Source: Eledone cirrhosa
Taxonomy: Eukaryota
Reading direction: 5' to 3'
DNA length: 64,000 nt
Assembly: GCA_964016885.1 (NCBI GenBank)
Contig: OZ024740.1
Location: forward strand, 355,880,001-355,944,000
Every line of letters begins with the position of its first letter. The first letter of the stretch is position 1. A model generated the notes under the pieces. It saw only the letters and a program-made list of their open reading frames with translations, ran no database searches and had not been told where the DNA came from. This document shows, piece by piece, positions 13,221-27,374 of the stretch. The translations under genes were made by a program, and so were the position numbers.

Positions 13221-14659
13221 TGCAATTTATGCTCGGAGGAAACTTTACAAATGCTGTTTTCGACGGACCAACTCCTAAACAAGAAAGATGAACTGGTTAC
13301 TGCATGTAAACATAGATTGCGTAGGACTTACCTCGCCCTCAAACCCCATAATGACCCGGGGGGGGTAGACTAGGGCTATAACACCCCAGTTGCCGATTTT
13401 GCAATGGGTAACCCCTGCTTGCCAAGGAAGACGTAAGATCTTCTTTGTATTCTTTTATCGCTTCCTTTATTTCCTTCCCCCCTCTCTCCTTTGTCCTTCT
13501 ACCCCAGCTCTTCTCCTTTGTCGGCGTCTTTTCTCGCCCACCCGAGGCTGCCCTTTGGCCCCATGTAGCCTTAGTACCCCCCCCCCCCCCTCCCCTAGTC
13601 TTTGATAGATTTGGCGGACTCCGCCCTTTATAGCAGTTGGCTTAGACCCCGGATACTTTCCCCCTTTTTCCGACCGCTCCCACTATTCTCTGTGCCCTCT
13701 ATATTTCTTAGTGGCACTTATGCCTTATTTTTTCGTTTCAGTATTTCTTGCTTCGCTTTTCTTCTGGGCGGGGTGGATTCTGAATTTATTTCTCCGTATT
13801 CTACCTTTATTTCGTACGAACTTTCATGTAGCTTGTTTTAGATCTTTTAGAGTTAGCATTAGTATATTTTTCTCGGGACTCAGAATTATTATCTCGTACA
13901 AGTTCACTTTGCTGCACTGGGTCGTTGCTGGCCCGGGATGGAAACCTTTATTGTTTATTTCGTGGTAGTCTCTTTAGTATTTTGGCCCCTTTTGTTGACC
14001 CGTCACCGTATCATTTACGTACTTATACCTCTTAAAAGGGTCCTTGCCTAATTCGTCCCACCTAGTTCTCTTACTTATTTCCTTATTTATTTATTTATTT
14101 ATTTATTTACTTCTGCCTTTCTTTCTTTATTTTATTCTCGCCTAACAATAGCCTGACACCTAGGTCGTAGAATTTAATTTACTTTACTTTTTTCTTTACA
14201 CTTATTTGCTTTTCTTCACTCTCAGTATTTTTTCTTTCCTATTTCTACCCCCCATTGTTCTACCTACCGTTCCGACTTCCTCCCCCTCCCCCTCCCCTGT
14301 ATCTTCTTTGACCTCATGCCCAGCTGTAGCTGGCACTACCAACGCTTGATTGGGTCTACTCCACCCCCTCCTCTCTTTCTCCTACTGGCAGGTTTAGCCA
14401 CCATCTCCCCTACTAATTTGCAACCACAGAATTACTACTGATTTTTGACAATCACTTTGACCATATATGGAATTACCCCTTGAGAAGATCGGCTATTTAA
14501 ATACTAGGATAAATTTTCATTTAGTCCAGAATTAGCCGTCGAAACGGCTTGAGCTCAGCTGTCGGGGTCTTACTGGTTCCTATTACCCACTCTACTACCT
14601 CAAGTATTGAGTACTTTGGTGCGTTATGGTCCACCTGGTTCCTTACCACATTTCCTTCG

Positions 14660-14663
<4 letters not shown>
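13221..14663 (+). mobile_element. 5'-truncated PLE, sister subfamily of the 29-kb element, inside (TA)n
   Basis: Starts CNLCSEETLQMLFSTDQLLNKKDELVTACKHRLRRTYLALKPHNDP (identical peptide to 31327-31464), diverged 3' UTR, full 3' pLTR ending cttcgtta(TA)n; (TA)n on both sides. Confidence 0.92.
14475..14568 (+). ncRNA. Type I hammerhead ribozyme with U3-A8 core variant and extended stem II
   Basis: acccc TTGAGAA gatcggcta...tagccgtc GAAA cggct-tgagctc-agctg TC ggggt; predicted cleavage after 14563. Confidence 0.75.
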
Positions 14664-15938
<1,275 letters not shown>

Positions 15939-15971
15939 ATATATATATTTATAAATATAATATATATATTT

Positions 15972-16302
15972 ATCATTCATTCATTCATTTTACGTCCGCT
16001 TTTCCCTGCTTGCAAGGGTGGGACGGGAACTGATTCTGGCTTGATTTCTATGCCCTTCCTAACACCAACCTCATTTACAGTGAGTGCTGGGTGCTTTTTT
16101 GCCGTGGCGCCTACACGTCCACTTTGCAGTGGAATGATAGGGAACCCAGTCCCTATCATCTCATTTCTACAGCTGAGTAAACTGGAGCAATGTGAAATAA
16201 AGTGTCTTGCTCAAGGAAACAACACATCACTCGGTCTGAGAATTGAACTCACAACCTTTCGATTGCAAGGCCAATGCTCTAACCACTAAGCCATGTGCCT
16301 CC
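15972..16302 (-). mobile_element. tRNA/CORE SINE with RTE-derived tail (second copy)
   Basis: Near-identical to 2378-2720. Confidence 0.75.
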
Positions 16303-17017
16303 AATTTATATATATATAATATTTATATATATATAATATATATATTTATATATAATATTTATATTTATATATATAATATATATAATACATATATATATAT
16401 ATAATATATATATATATACAGCCACATAGCGATTCTTGGCCATTTTTGGTGCGATCAGGTTGGAAAACTAGATGTCTGATTTTGAGTTTGTCTCCTGATA
16501 AATCCTAACTCAAGACATTCCTATTAATTGGATGTCTAAAAATACGGATGAAACCATGGTAGAGATATAATTACGGTATGTACACATTTCTTCTAAGTTT
16601 AATTTTACACCTAATTGTGTATGGTTGATGGTATATTTAGTCAGTTTCTACATGCTGTCGAAATGTTGGATAAATACTCTATTGGGGCCACCGCGAAGAG
16701 CCCACTTTCGGTTATTTGTCGGAGATTTCTTCATAAGAGCCTTTCTTCTTATAGCTTGGTCTAATTGATTTTTTATATGGTTAATTATGCTAATTGGAAG
16801 AGGATATGGTATATATTTTATCTAATAATTCTAAGGACATGATTTATGATATATTGCTCTGATTATTTAATTTATTAATTCTTCATAGAGCTTAAAAGTG
16901 ACCGGTTGCAACATATATATCTATAACTTTATGTATATGTAAACCTTTATATATATTTATATATATATATAATATATATATTTATATATATATATATATG
17001 TATATATATAATATATA

Positions 17018-17056
<39 letters not shown>

Positions 17057-17060
<4 letters not shown>

Positions 17061-18707
17061 TAATCGACCAGGTCATGAAGGTCACAGAAAAAATAATACC
17101 GCAACTAATCAGAGAATGAATTGATCTAGATGAAATGCAGTTCGGGTTTGTGTCGGGTAAAAGTACCACAGACGCTCTTTTCATTGTACGACAACTACAG
17201 TCAGCAAGGTTAGAATTAACAACGAATATAGTGAAGAGTTTAGCGTAAAAGTTGGTATTCATCAGGGCTCCGTTCTTAGCCCCCTACTATTTATTATTGC
17301 CTTTCAGGCTATAACAGAGGAGTTCAAGACTGGCTGCCCATGGGAACTCCTATATACAGATGATCTAATGCTCATAGCTGAATCAATGGCTGAACTAGAG
17401 AAGAAATTCCAAACATGGAAGTATGGCCTAGAATCAAAAGCCTTAAAGTTAACTTGTCTAAGACTAAAGTTCTAGTTTGTAGGAAGGAAAATAGGGCACC
17501 GGTCCCATCTGAGAAATGGCCATACTCAGTGTGTAGGAAAGGAGTAGGCAGAAATTCATTTTATGTCCCAAATGCAAAGTATGGGTGCATAAAAGATGTA
17601 GTGGGATCACAGGTAAGCTAATTAAGAATATAGATTTTATATGTGGCCGGTGCTCTGGTGCAATAAGTAGCAGCAAGTGCCCACATGATACTAGCTCATT
17701 CCATTGTACAGATGGTTCTATAGAAATAGTGGACACCTTCCGTTACCTGGGTGACAAAATCAGCAGTGGGGGAGGGTGCTCTGAAAGTACAGTAGCTAGA
17801 GTCAGAACGGGATGGAAAAAGTTCAGAGAGCTTATACCACTATTGGCCGCTAAAGGGTTTTCTCTAAAAATGAAAGGCAGGCTGTATGATGCCTGCATAC
17901 GAACAGCAATGTTACATGGCAGTGAGACCTGGGCATTGTGTGCAGAGGATATACGCAGACTGGAGAGAAACGAAGCTTGCATGCTCCGCTGGATGTGTAA
18001 TAGTAATATACATGAACGGCAAAGCATAAATGAACTAAGGGAGAAATTAGGAATAAGAGGGATCTGATGTTGTTTACTCGAGAGAAGACTACATTGGTAC
18101 GGTCACGTGATGCGCATGAAAGACGACAGCTGTATAAAAAAGTGCAGGACGATAAAAATAGACGGTAGCCACGGAGTAGGTAGACCCAGAAAAACCTGGG
18201 ATGACTTGATAAATTCCGACCTCACACACGTACACCTCTCCAAGACAATGTCACTGGACCGAGATCTTTGGCGCTACACAGTAATACAGAAGACCTGCCT
18301 TGCCTAAGTACAAAGCGAAACCTACAGTCAGTAGGCACCTCTAACAAAATACACCCCGTCCCACTACCCCCACCCCATCCACACCACCCCATCCACACCA
18401 CACCCTTAAATGTGAAGTTATGTTGGTAACACAACAACCACTCCGAAACAAATGAGGTCGTGTAGGTGTCACGACAAAAAAACACACAGTCCCCGCTGTA
18501 ATGTGGCCGTGTAGGTAACACGGTAAAATTCTCCCAGTCCACACTGTAAATGTGGTTGGTGTTAGGAAGGGCATCCAGCTGTAGAAAACCCGCCAGACAG
18601 TCCTATACGAGCAAGACAACCACTCTTGCCTCAAGTGGGAAAACTCCCGTCCAGACCCATGCAAGCGTGGAAGATGGACGTTAAACGATGATGATGATGA
18701 TGATGAT
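17057..18707 (+). mobile_element. RTE-clade LINE, longest copy, internally deleted and frameshifted
   Basis: MQFGFVSGKSTTD, VGIHQGSVLSPLLF, LLYTDD RT motifs, Cys/His-rich insert, FRYLG, GRPRKTW, (GAT)n tail. Confidence 0.92.
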
Positions 18708-18711
18708 ACAC

Positions 18712-18746
<35 letters not shown>

Positions 18747-18775
18747 TATACATGTGCCTCCATATATATATATAC

Positions 18776-18882
<107 letters not shown>

Positions 18883-19006
18883 GGAGGTGAGTTTTATTGT
18901 AGTACAATAAAGGAATGCAGATATCGGATAAGAAGCACTCTACAGTTTGTAGGACTGGAGTATACATAATATATAAGAACAAAAGATGGTTAAAAGAGTT
19001 CCATGT

Positions 19007-19075
19007 ATTTTATTATGCGCATTTCAAAAACAAATATCATCATGCAATAATATTTGTGTTTTCATCAGATAAAAC
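19007..19075 (-). ncRNA. Mirror-image hammerhead ribozyme in the left palindrome arm
   Basis: Reverse complement of 19201-19269. Confidence 0.8.
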
Positions 19076-19200
19076 AGGAAGACATGATATGAAGGTTAAA
19101 AAACACTTGTGGATAGTTCAGTTTTAAATCAACATATCATATATTGATTTAAAACTGAACTATCCACAAGTGTTTTTTAACCTTCATATCATGTCTTCCT

Positions 19201-19269
19201 GTTTTATCTGATGAAAACACAAATATTATTGCATGATGATATTTGTTTTTGAAATGCGCATAATAAAAT
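19201..19269 (+). ncRNA. Minimal type I hammerhead ribozyme in the right palindrome arm
   Basis: gttttat CTGATGA [stem II 19215-19250, ~15 pairs, gcat loop] GAAA tgcgca TA ataaaat; self-complementary stem III ATGCGCAT; cleavage after 19262. Confidence 0.8.
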
Positions 19270-19307
19270 ACATGGAACTCTTTTAACCATCTTTTGTTCT
19301 TATATAT

Positions 19308-19401
<94 letters not shown>

Positions 19402-20126
19402 TATATGCATATTACATATATACATATTACATATATACATATTACATATATATATATTACATATATGCAAAAAGTAAACAGAAAACAACACAACAACCGA
19501 TTCATTTCAATAAAGATACATATTAATTCAATACTTGATATAGTAGGAAAACAGCCTTAATATTTTGGATGTTAGTCCTTCATCAGATGATAGAAGGAAT
19601 AGAGTGTGAGTAGAAGATGGAATAGAAAAACAAATTCTTTTGGAGAAAAAGTACTTGTGTAATCAGTATACACACATATATATATGTGTGTGTGTGTGTA
19701 TATTTTATATATATTTCTATCAGTGTACTTATTTTCCTTTTCTGTCCCAAATATCAATCGTGTTATGTTTGCACTTGGTGAAAGTTTTCATATAGATGTA
19801 TGTATTTAATAAAAGGGGATATGCCCTATATTTATACTGGGGCACTCTATCCTATGGATGGGATTGTATATTGTTTTAGCAACAACATCATGCAGTTAAG
19901 CAAAGGTGTTCCTGGATGACATTTTTATGCAGCCTCTGATCCCATGTGAAATAATCTTCCACAGAAACCAACATATTTGGTTAGCTGTTGGGGTTTTAAA
20001 AGCTTAACTGTCTCTGTTGTTCATCAGGCATTTTGTAGTTATATTCTTCTCTTGGTTTGCACATTCATAGCTTTTGAAATTTGATGTGATGCAATGAGCA
20101 TGGTTCAAAGAGAGGTTACACTTTAA

Positions 20127-20319
20127 CCCTTTAGCATTGAAACAGGCCATATCAGGCCAGAATTATCTCACCTCTTTCTGTTCAAAATGGCTGTAACCAG
20201 CCGCTCATACTGATGTGTTCTCAAAATAAATAATATCAAAATCTCATAGATTCGATATTATGTGAGGTAAAGCCTTTACCATGAAAATAAAATAGTAAAT
20301 ATAGATTAATGTTAAAGGG
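20127..20319. mobile_element. piggyBac-like MITE
   Basis: TTAA TSD on both sides; TIR ccctttagcatt / aatgttaaaggg. Related ttaaccc-terminated pieces near 1990, 2943, 23004, 53716. Confidence 0.65.
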
Positions 20320-20667
20320 TTAAGTTAATCTTGGTATCATTCTTGAGTTTATGAGAAGTATACCTTTGCATAGTTTTTATTTAGGGTTGCAAAGGAGGTG
20401 TATTTTATAATGGCTCCAAAACTATGGAGGTTGTCTAAATCCAAAGCAAACATGTTTGACAGTGAAAATAAAAGGGTGGTGGTGGTAGTGGTAATTAAAA
20501 GGGTGGTGGTGGTAGTGGTAATTAAAATGGGACATAAATGTATGATGAGTGTGGTAAAGTAAGGCAGAGAGATGTAAAGGTAAGAGGGAATAATGGCTGG
20601 ATGTTGATAGATTGTTGAATAGATAAATGCAAGAGAAGTATAAAGAGAGAAAAGTGGGGATTGCTAT

Positions 20668-21660
20668 CAATAGGTGTGGGTGATGGCGATCAACAGGTGT
20701 GAGGATGGATATTAACAGGTGTGGGGATGGATATTAACAGGTGTGGGGATGGCTATTAACAGGTGTGGGGATGGATATCAACAGGTGTGGGTGATGGCGA
20801 TCAACAGGTGTGAGGATGGATATTAACAGGTGTGGGGATGGATATTAACAGGTGTGGGGATGGATATTAACAGGTGTGGGGATGGATATCAACAGGTGTG
20901 GGTGATGGCGATCAACAGGTGTGGGGATGGATATTAACAGGTGTGGGGATGGATATTAACAGGTGTGGGGATGGCTATTAACAGGTGTGGGGATGGATAT
21001 CAACAGGTGTGGGTGATGGCGATCAACAGGTGTGGGGATGGATATTAACAGGTGTGGGGATGGATATTAACAGGTGTGGGGATGGATATTAACAGGTGTG
21101 GGGATGGATATTAACAGGTGTGGGGATGGATATCAACAGGTGTGGGTGATGGCGATCAACAGGTGTGGGGATGGATATTAACAGGTGTGGGGATGGATAT
21201 CAACAGGTGTGGGGATGGATATCAACAGGTGTGGGGATGGATATCAACAGGTGTGGGGATGGATATTAACAGGTGTGGGGATGGATATTAACAGGTGTGG
21301 GGATGGATATTAACAGGTGTGGGGATGGATATTAACAGTTGTGGGGATGGATATTAACAGGTGTGGGGATGGATATTAACAGGTGTGGGGATGGATATCA
21401 ACAGGTGTGGGGATGGATATTAACAGGTGTGGGGATGGATATCAACAGGTGTGGGGATGGATATTAACAGGTGTGGGGATGGATATCAACAGGTGTGGGG
21501 ATGGATATTAACAGGTGTGGGGATGGATATCAACAGGTGTGGGGATGGATATTAACAGGTGTGGGGATGGATATCAACAGGTGTGGGGATGGATATCAAC
21601 AGGTGTGGGGATGGATATTAACAGGTGTGGGGATGGATATTAACAGGTGTGGGTGATGGC
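20668..21660. repeat. 22-bp minisatellite (aacaggtgtggggatggatatY), ~45 units
   Basis: Direct tandem repeat with a 23-bp variant unit aacaggtgtgggtgatggcgatc. Confidence 0.95.
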
Positions 21661-21715
21661 ATGCAGTTACTGTCATCTAAGATCATGATAGTTTTAGGGT
21701 TTAACAGTAGAGGAT

Positions 21716-21899
21716 GATGGTCAAGGCAGCAAATGTGGTTTAAGGCAGCAAATGATGGTCAAGGCAGCAAATGTGGTTTAAGGCAGCAAATGATGGTCAA
21801 GGCAGCAAATGTGGTTTAAGGCAGCAAATGATGGTCAAGGCAGCAAATGTGGTTTAAGGCAGCAAATGATGGTCAAGGCAGCAAAGCAAATGTGGTCAA
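21716..21899. repeat. 38-bp dimeric minisatellite (two alternating 19-mers)
   Basis: gatggtcaaggcagcaaat alternating with gtggtttaaggcagcaaat. Confidence 0.9.
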
Positions 21900-24800
21900 A
21901 GGCTAGCTGTGTGATGATGGAAGAGGTACAGTGATGGTGAAGGTGATGAGAATAGTAATAAAGAGTGATGGTGGTGGTATCAAGTATAGTGGGGCCATGT
22001 GTCACATCCCACTTCAAAGTAGCGGTACAGAGGATGAAATAAGTGATGAGGGGAGTAGAGAAATATCAAGGTGTAGCAGTAAAAACAGTAAAAGGAGAAA
22101 GAGTGGAGTTAATAGGAACATACTGAATGTCTTAGTTATACTGGTGGGCAAATAATTGGGTAATCTCTATCCATAGCAGACTGTTGTCATCTCCACCATA
22201 AGGTTTAGCTTCTTGAAATCAATCTTTACCATTTCCTCCCTTTGTCTGTGTCAGCATAGTAGTCTTTCTTGCACACACACACTCACACACACACAAACAC
22301 TCACTCACATACATACATACATTTACACATGTACATACATACACAACTACATACACATTCACACACTCAGACACACTCACGTAACACACAACTGCACTCA
22401 GCCACACATATACACACTCACAAACGCCTGTATGTTTACACAGCTTAACATTGGTTGCTGTTTGTTTGTCCCATAATTTTTTCCATCAACTGACTGTCAT
22501 CAACCTTAAGTATGGAAGGATATACATATATAAATGCAGAAAGTGAGAAAGGAGGGGAGAAGAGGAGAGAGATATTTAGACTGACAGACATATATATAGA
22601 GAGATAGATAGGAAGAAAGAGAGGGGACAGACATTCAAACAGAAAGAGAGTAACAGGTACGAATGGCAAATATAGTATTCTTTTGTAAAAAAGTGAAAAA
22701 TAATTCAATTAGAGAATTTTCTGCACATACGTTTTTGACTAAGAAAAACAATTTGTTAGAAATGGCGTCATGACATCACACTTGTTAGAAATGGTAGACA
22801 GACATATTTGACAAATATTATTATTTAGATAGGTACAATATTTTGAGAAAATAGAAAAAATATGTAAGAGTAACATTTTATTTTAAGTTCTATATTTGTT
22901 TATTTTTTGTACATTTTTTTGAAGCTCAATTTGAACCAGCTTGAATGTAACAATTCTGAAAGAAATCAATATTCCTGATCAAATGAAGACTGTCAGCATC
23001 CTTTTAACCCCTTCATTACCATATTTCTAATGAATTATTTGAAACATAATTGCAAATTCTATTCTGATAGTTTCTTCCCTTGCCGATGGAATTCTTTTCC
23101 AGCTTCTTGCTTTCTGGACAAATACAATTTGCAAAACAAAAGCAATATCAATCATTATCTTGTCTCTTCTTGAATTATGTTCTCGCTTTTTCTTTCTCAG
23201 TAACACCTTGCATTTTACTGGCTTTATTGACTTACTTGGGGGGGGGGGGGGGGGAGTAAAAAAAATGCTTTGCCCTTGATTTTCAAATAATCAAGAATTT
23301 GGAGGCATTTAATAATATAACCAAATTTCTCATTGTTGAACTGTTGTTGTGAACATAATTCAACAAAGGTTCTTACATAAAATTATGATGGAAGATTTCT
23401 AGGTAAATATATAAACTTTAAAACAACATTTTTTTTGTAGCACCAGGGGCAGTTTCAGGCAGTCTGGTGTCAAAAGTGTTTTAATACCAGTGAATTCATG
23501 TGATTATATTTATTTTAGGCATTAAGGAACCTGGGTAAGGCTGGCTACTGTTGCTAGGGCACTTTAAGACCTTCAGTATCATTATGTAGTTTAAACATTC
23601 TTATATATTGAAGGCCTTTAGCATCATTTAAGTGAAGACAATGCATAGAGTGTTAGACTCATAATCATAAAATTATGAGTTCAATTCCCAGACTGGATGG
23701 CACATTGTCTCCTTAAGCAAGATACATTATTTTTGTTGTTGCTTCAGTTTACTTAGCTGGAATGAGTTGCAATGTCAACAGTGTCAAGCTGTATTGGACT
23801 TTGCCTTTTCCTGAGATAACTACTGGTGTTTCAAAAGACTCCTTGCTCAAGCTTGTGCTTCAGAGAGGAACTTTCTAGGTGCAAATCCATGGTTAGCCAT
23901 GAGCAAATGAGAGCTTATTAGTATTTCTTTAAGGTGATAGTTTTACAGAATCATTAGAGTTTCAGACAAAATGACTTGTACTATTTAGTTACAGTTATTT
24001 ATGTTCTGAGTTCAAGACTTGCTGAAGTTGATTTATCCATTCATTCATACTGAGATCAATGCAATCAACTTGTTCATTCTACCTTCCCCCAAACAATGAA
24101 GCTGATAACCAATTGGTGGATACATCTGATCATTAATATAGAAAGCAAGTGGATCTTTTTTGTGATATTATTATTATTATTAGTAGTAGTAGTAGTAGTA
24201 TGAATACTACTAAATAGTTGAATCAGTATTGAAAGTAAATAAGAGAACACATACCTATAAATATGAAAATTAATATATATATATATATAAAGAATAAGAA
24301 AATAATAATCTTACCAATAAGTTCTTTACAGGTATAACTATATATGTAATTATGTATATATGTACTTACCTACAAAAAAGAGAAAGGAATAGGTAAATTA
24401 AAATTTAAATAATCATCAGAAGTTATAAGATCTTGTATGTATATTTTATTTTTCATATAACAAATATATAAGATTAAATAGAAGTACATACATGTAATTA
24501 ATTGTTGCTAGGACCTCATAAATATAATACACAAAAATATATGATCAAAGTGAGAGAAAAAAAACAAAGAAAAAGAAACATCAATTCAACACTAAATGAA
24601 TCAATTGATCACACATCACACGGGTCATTGGACATTTTTCAGGCCAGCCAACCCACTCACAGCATAATTATGGGTGAGGGTGAGGCTAAGACACAGAAGC
24701 AACCAAGCACCCTCATAGGCATCACCTGACATCTCGGTCAGCAGCCCAGCTCCACTAAATGTCTTGAACACCACAGGCTGGAAAAATTAGTTAGCCGATA

Positions 24801-24989
24801 ATTCCCAGTATTTTAGGATTTTATTCTGTTGGGCTTCGGAAGCAGTGAACTTACTGCAGCATCCAGTTATAAGATAGATATTATTTAGAAAACCATGTAA
24901 TATAATAGCAATTACAATATGGAAGAGTCATATTTAAAAAAAAAAGTTCATTTAGCCATTTGTATATATATGCATATATACACACACAA

Positions 24990-25030
<41 letters not shown>

Positions 25031-25289
25031 GCTTAAAATGGAGTGAGAATAAGAAGAAAGCAAGAAAGGGGGAGGGGGAGTTTTCCTCATCAGTTGTCTA
25101 CTGGGGATCTAGGATATTTCCACGCTTTAAAGACAAGATATCTACCGCCCTGAGCATTCAATAACTGGGTAAGTTATTGGGAAAACAGAGAAGGGAGGGA
25201 AGGAAAATAGAAAGGAAAAGGGAAGAAATGAGAGAAACAACAAACCGAGCAATGTGTGAGCAACTTAATGCGGGCAACTATATGAATGT

Positions 25290-25915
25290 AAATTATAAAT
25301 TTATTCACAATTGTATAAATAACATTACAAATTTTTTTTATAATTCTTACAGAATGAAAACAGACACAAATAATATATACATTACTTAACAAATATATAA
25401 GATTAAAGAAAACATCCATCAATTCACCACCAATTGCGACAATCGACCACACTCCACCAGGGTCAATGGAACACTTTGAAGCAAGCCAGCATGCTTGTAA
25501 CATTACCAAGGTGTGGCTAAGGCACTGAAACAACCAGGCTTCCTCATGAGTATCCCTGACAACTTAGTAAGGTGAGCCACCAGCAATGACAAGAACTTTG
25601 CTGTCAGTGGTCCAACTCCACCAAATGTCTTGAATGCCACAGGCTGGAAAAATAATTATTAGATAAATCTGGGTATTTCTGAATTTTATTCTGTTTGGCA
25701 GCGAAAGCAGTGACCCCCACATTTACCGAGGCATCCATGATGTGGGAGGGAGCAAAAGAGTCACTGACTGTGACCTCCCAGATGAAACACCTACTTCTCA
25801 CCCAGGGACGAAGGGTTAGGGCATCTGGTCTCTTCCCATCACTTCTGGATAATCCAGCTGGCTCCAGAACTAAGGGGATATTTACCTGAGCCAGGGCTCT
25901 ATCAGTGATCAGGTA
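25290..25915 (-). mobile_element. CRE-like non-LTR retrotransposon 3' fragment (RLE endonuclease)
   Basis: LEPAGLSRSDGKRPDALTLRPW...WEVTVSDSFAPSH...NKIQKY: PD-(D/E)xK-type RLE motif typical of CRE elements; second decayed copy ~24600-24870 (-). Confidence 0.7.
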
Positions 25916-25958
25916 TATTATGTATATATATTTATTCATATATAGACACATTATATAT

Positions 25959-26147
25959 GCGGTGAATTGGCAGTATCGGTAGAGGGTCGGACGCCATGCT
26001 TTGACGCATAGAGTTACGGCCCTTGCCATTCTGAGTTCAGATCCCGCCGAGGTTAACTTTGCCTTTCATCCTTACGGGGTCGAGAAAATAAAGTACCAGT
26101 AATACACTGGGCAATTGCTGGCCTTGTGCCAAAAGTAGAAACAATTA

Positions 26148-26150
<3 letters not shown>
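25959..26150 (+). mobile_element. Abundant ~190-bp tRNA-derived SINE (Nin/Deu-like core, (ATT)n tail)
   Basis: tggcagtatcggtagag A-box, gagttcagatccc B-box, gcctttcatccttacggggtcga core. Further copies at ~33698-33885(-), 42535-42716(+), 47150-47765(+ x3), 57910-58270(+ x2), 59080-59500(- x2), 61725-62330(- x4), 63043-63220(-). Core-family assignment is tentative. Confidence 0.85.
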
Positions 26151-26187
<37 letters not shown>

Positions 26188-27374
26188 CACACAAATATTA
26201 AATAAGTTAAGGATTAGTGCTTTAAATCATTTTAACTGACTTATGTGTTAATCAAACACAGAATGAAAGAAAGTTCATTCTTGGAGAATTAGATCAAGGT
26301 CCTCTAACAAACATGTTAGGAGGACCTTAAAAGTAAGAAAGCGTAAAAGATTAACAATAGCTTTAAAAGAATTTAATAGTTTTGCGGTCTTGTCCAGAGG
26401 CCAACCTCCTACTTATTCTTCTGTGATACTAGAGCCCTTCCCATTCCGGTTTTTTAATATCTTTTTCTATTTTACATTCCATTCTTCCCTAAACGATTAA
26501 ACTTTACTCAGTAACACACTGGGGTCAATTTAAGCAACATTCCCCTCTCCCCAAAATTGCTGGCTAAATCAGAAACAATAAATTATAACTGGGTCACTAA
26601 CTAAGCCATCGTTTCTTAACCTAGGCGACATCGTTCACCGGTAGGCGATTTCAACAGTTGGGCAGGTGATGAGTAGCTGAACAGAAAATGGTGGACAATT
26701 AGAAATGTTGGTAGGTCATATAGGATTTTGAGTATTAAAAAGTTATTTCAACATATGCTTCCCGAAAAGAATATACAAAGGGGATATGTAAAGAACTTGC
26801 ATAAAAAAAAACAAAAAAAAAAACGAGAGACTAAATGGGAATAACTAGGCCACATTCATAGATAAAATATCCTGCAAACAAGGAGCATTTTGGTATTTTG
26901 TATAGTTTTGAGAATGGTCATTAACATTCAAATCGTTCTTTGGACAAAATAATATTGTTTTCGGATATAAATCAGATAAGGGAAGACCAAGAACAACTCT
27001 GACAGTAAAATTAAGAAGTGATTTAGGATAATCTCACCAACGCCACCAGCAGCGAGGATCACATGTAAAATTGATACAGGTGATGACCTCTAAGAACTTT
27101 GACAACATGCTGTAGGCAACGAGGCATGGACGACAATGCCAGACGAAATATGAGAATCCCAAGATAGGATCTGTTCAATGCGCATACCTGACAGCCAATT
27201 GAAACTGACAACCAATTGAAGTTGTATTGTATTGATCATCATGTGATTGCAACGCTCTTGTGATCTTCGAATTTGTGAAGTATTGAATGAAAATTTTATT
27301 ATCTATTGTTCCTATTATGTTCTCTTTGTATTGTACGAATTTTAGACCCACCAATGTCTCCATCTAAAAAATAA

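Larger units (their letters stand above)
18966..19310. repeat. 345-bp palindrome (167-bp arms, 11-nt spacer); probable inverted PLE pLTR pair
   Basis: 18966-19132 is the reverse complement of 19144-19310 by eye; spacer catatcatata; lies between (TA)n tracts. Confidence 0.9.

Noticed and set aside
19550-19595. Minus-strand ctgatga-aggactaacatcc-aaaa-taatta hammerhead relic
   Set aside because: GAAA is mutated, no UH site and no stem I
20668-21660. CRISPR-like array
   Set aside because: Contiguous tandem units with no unique spacers, no cas genes, eukaryotic context
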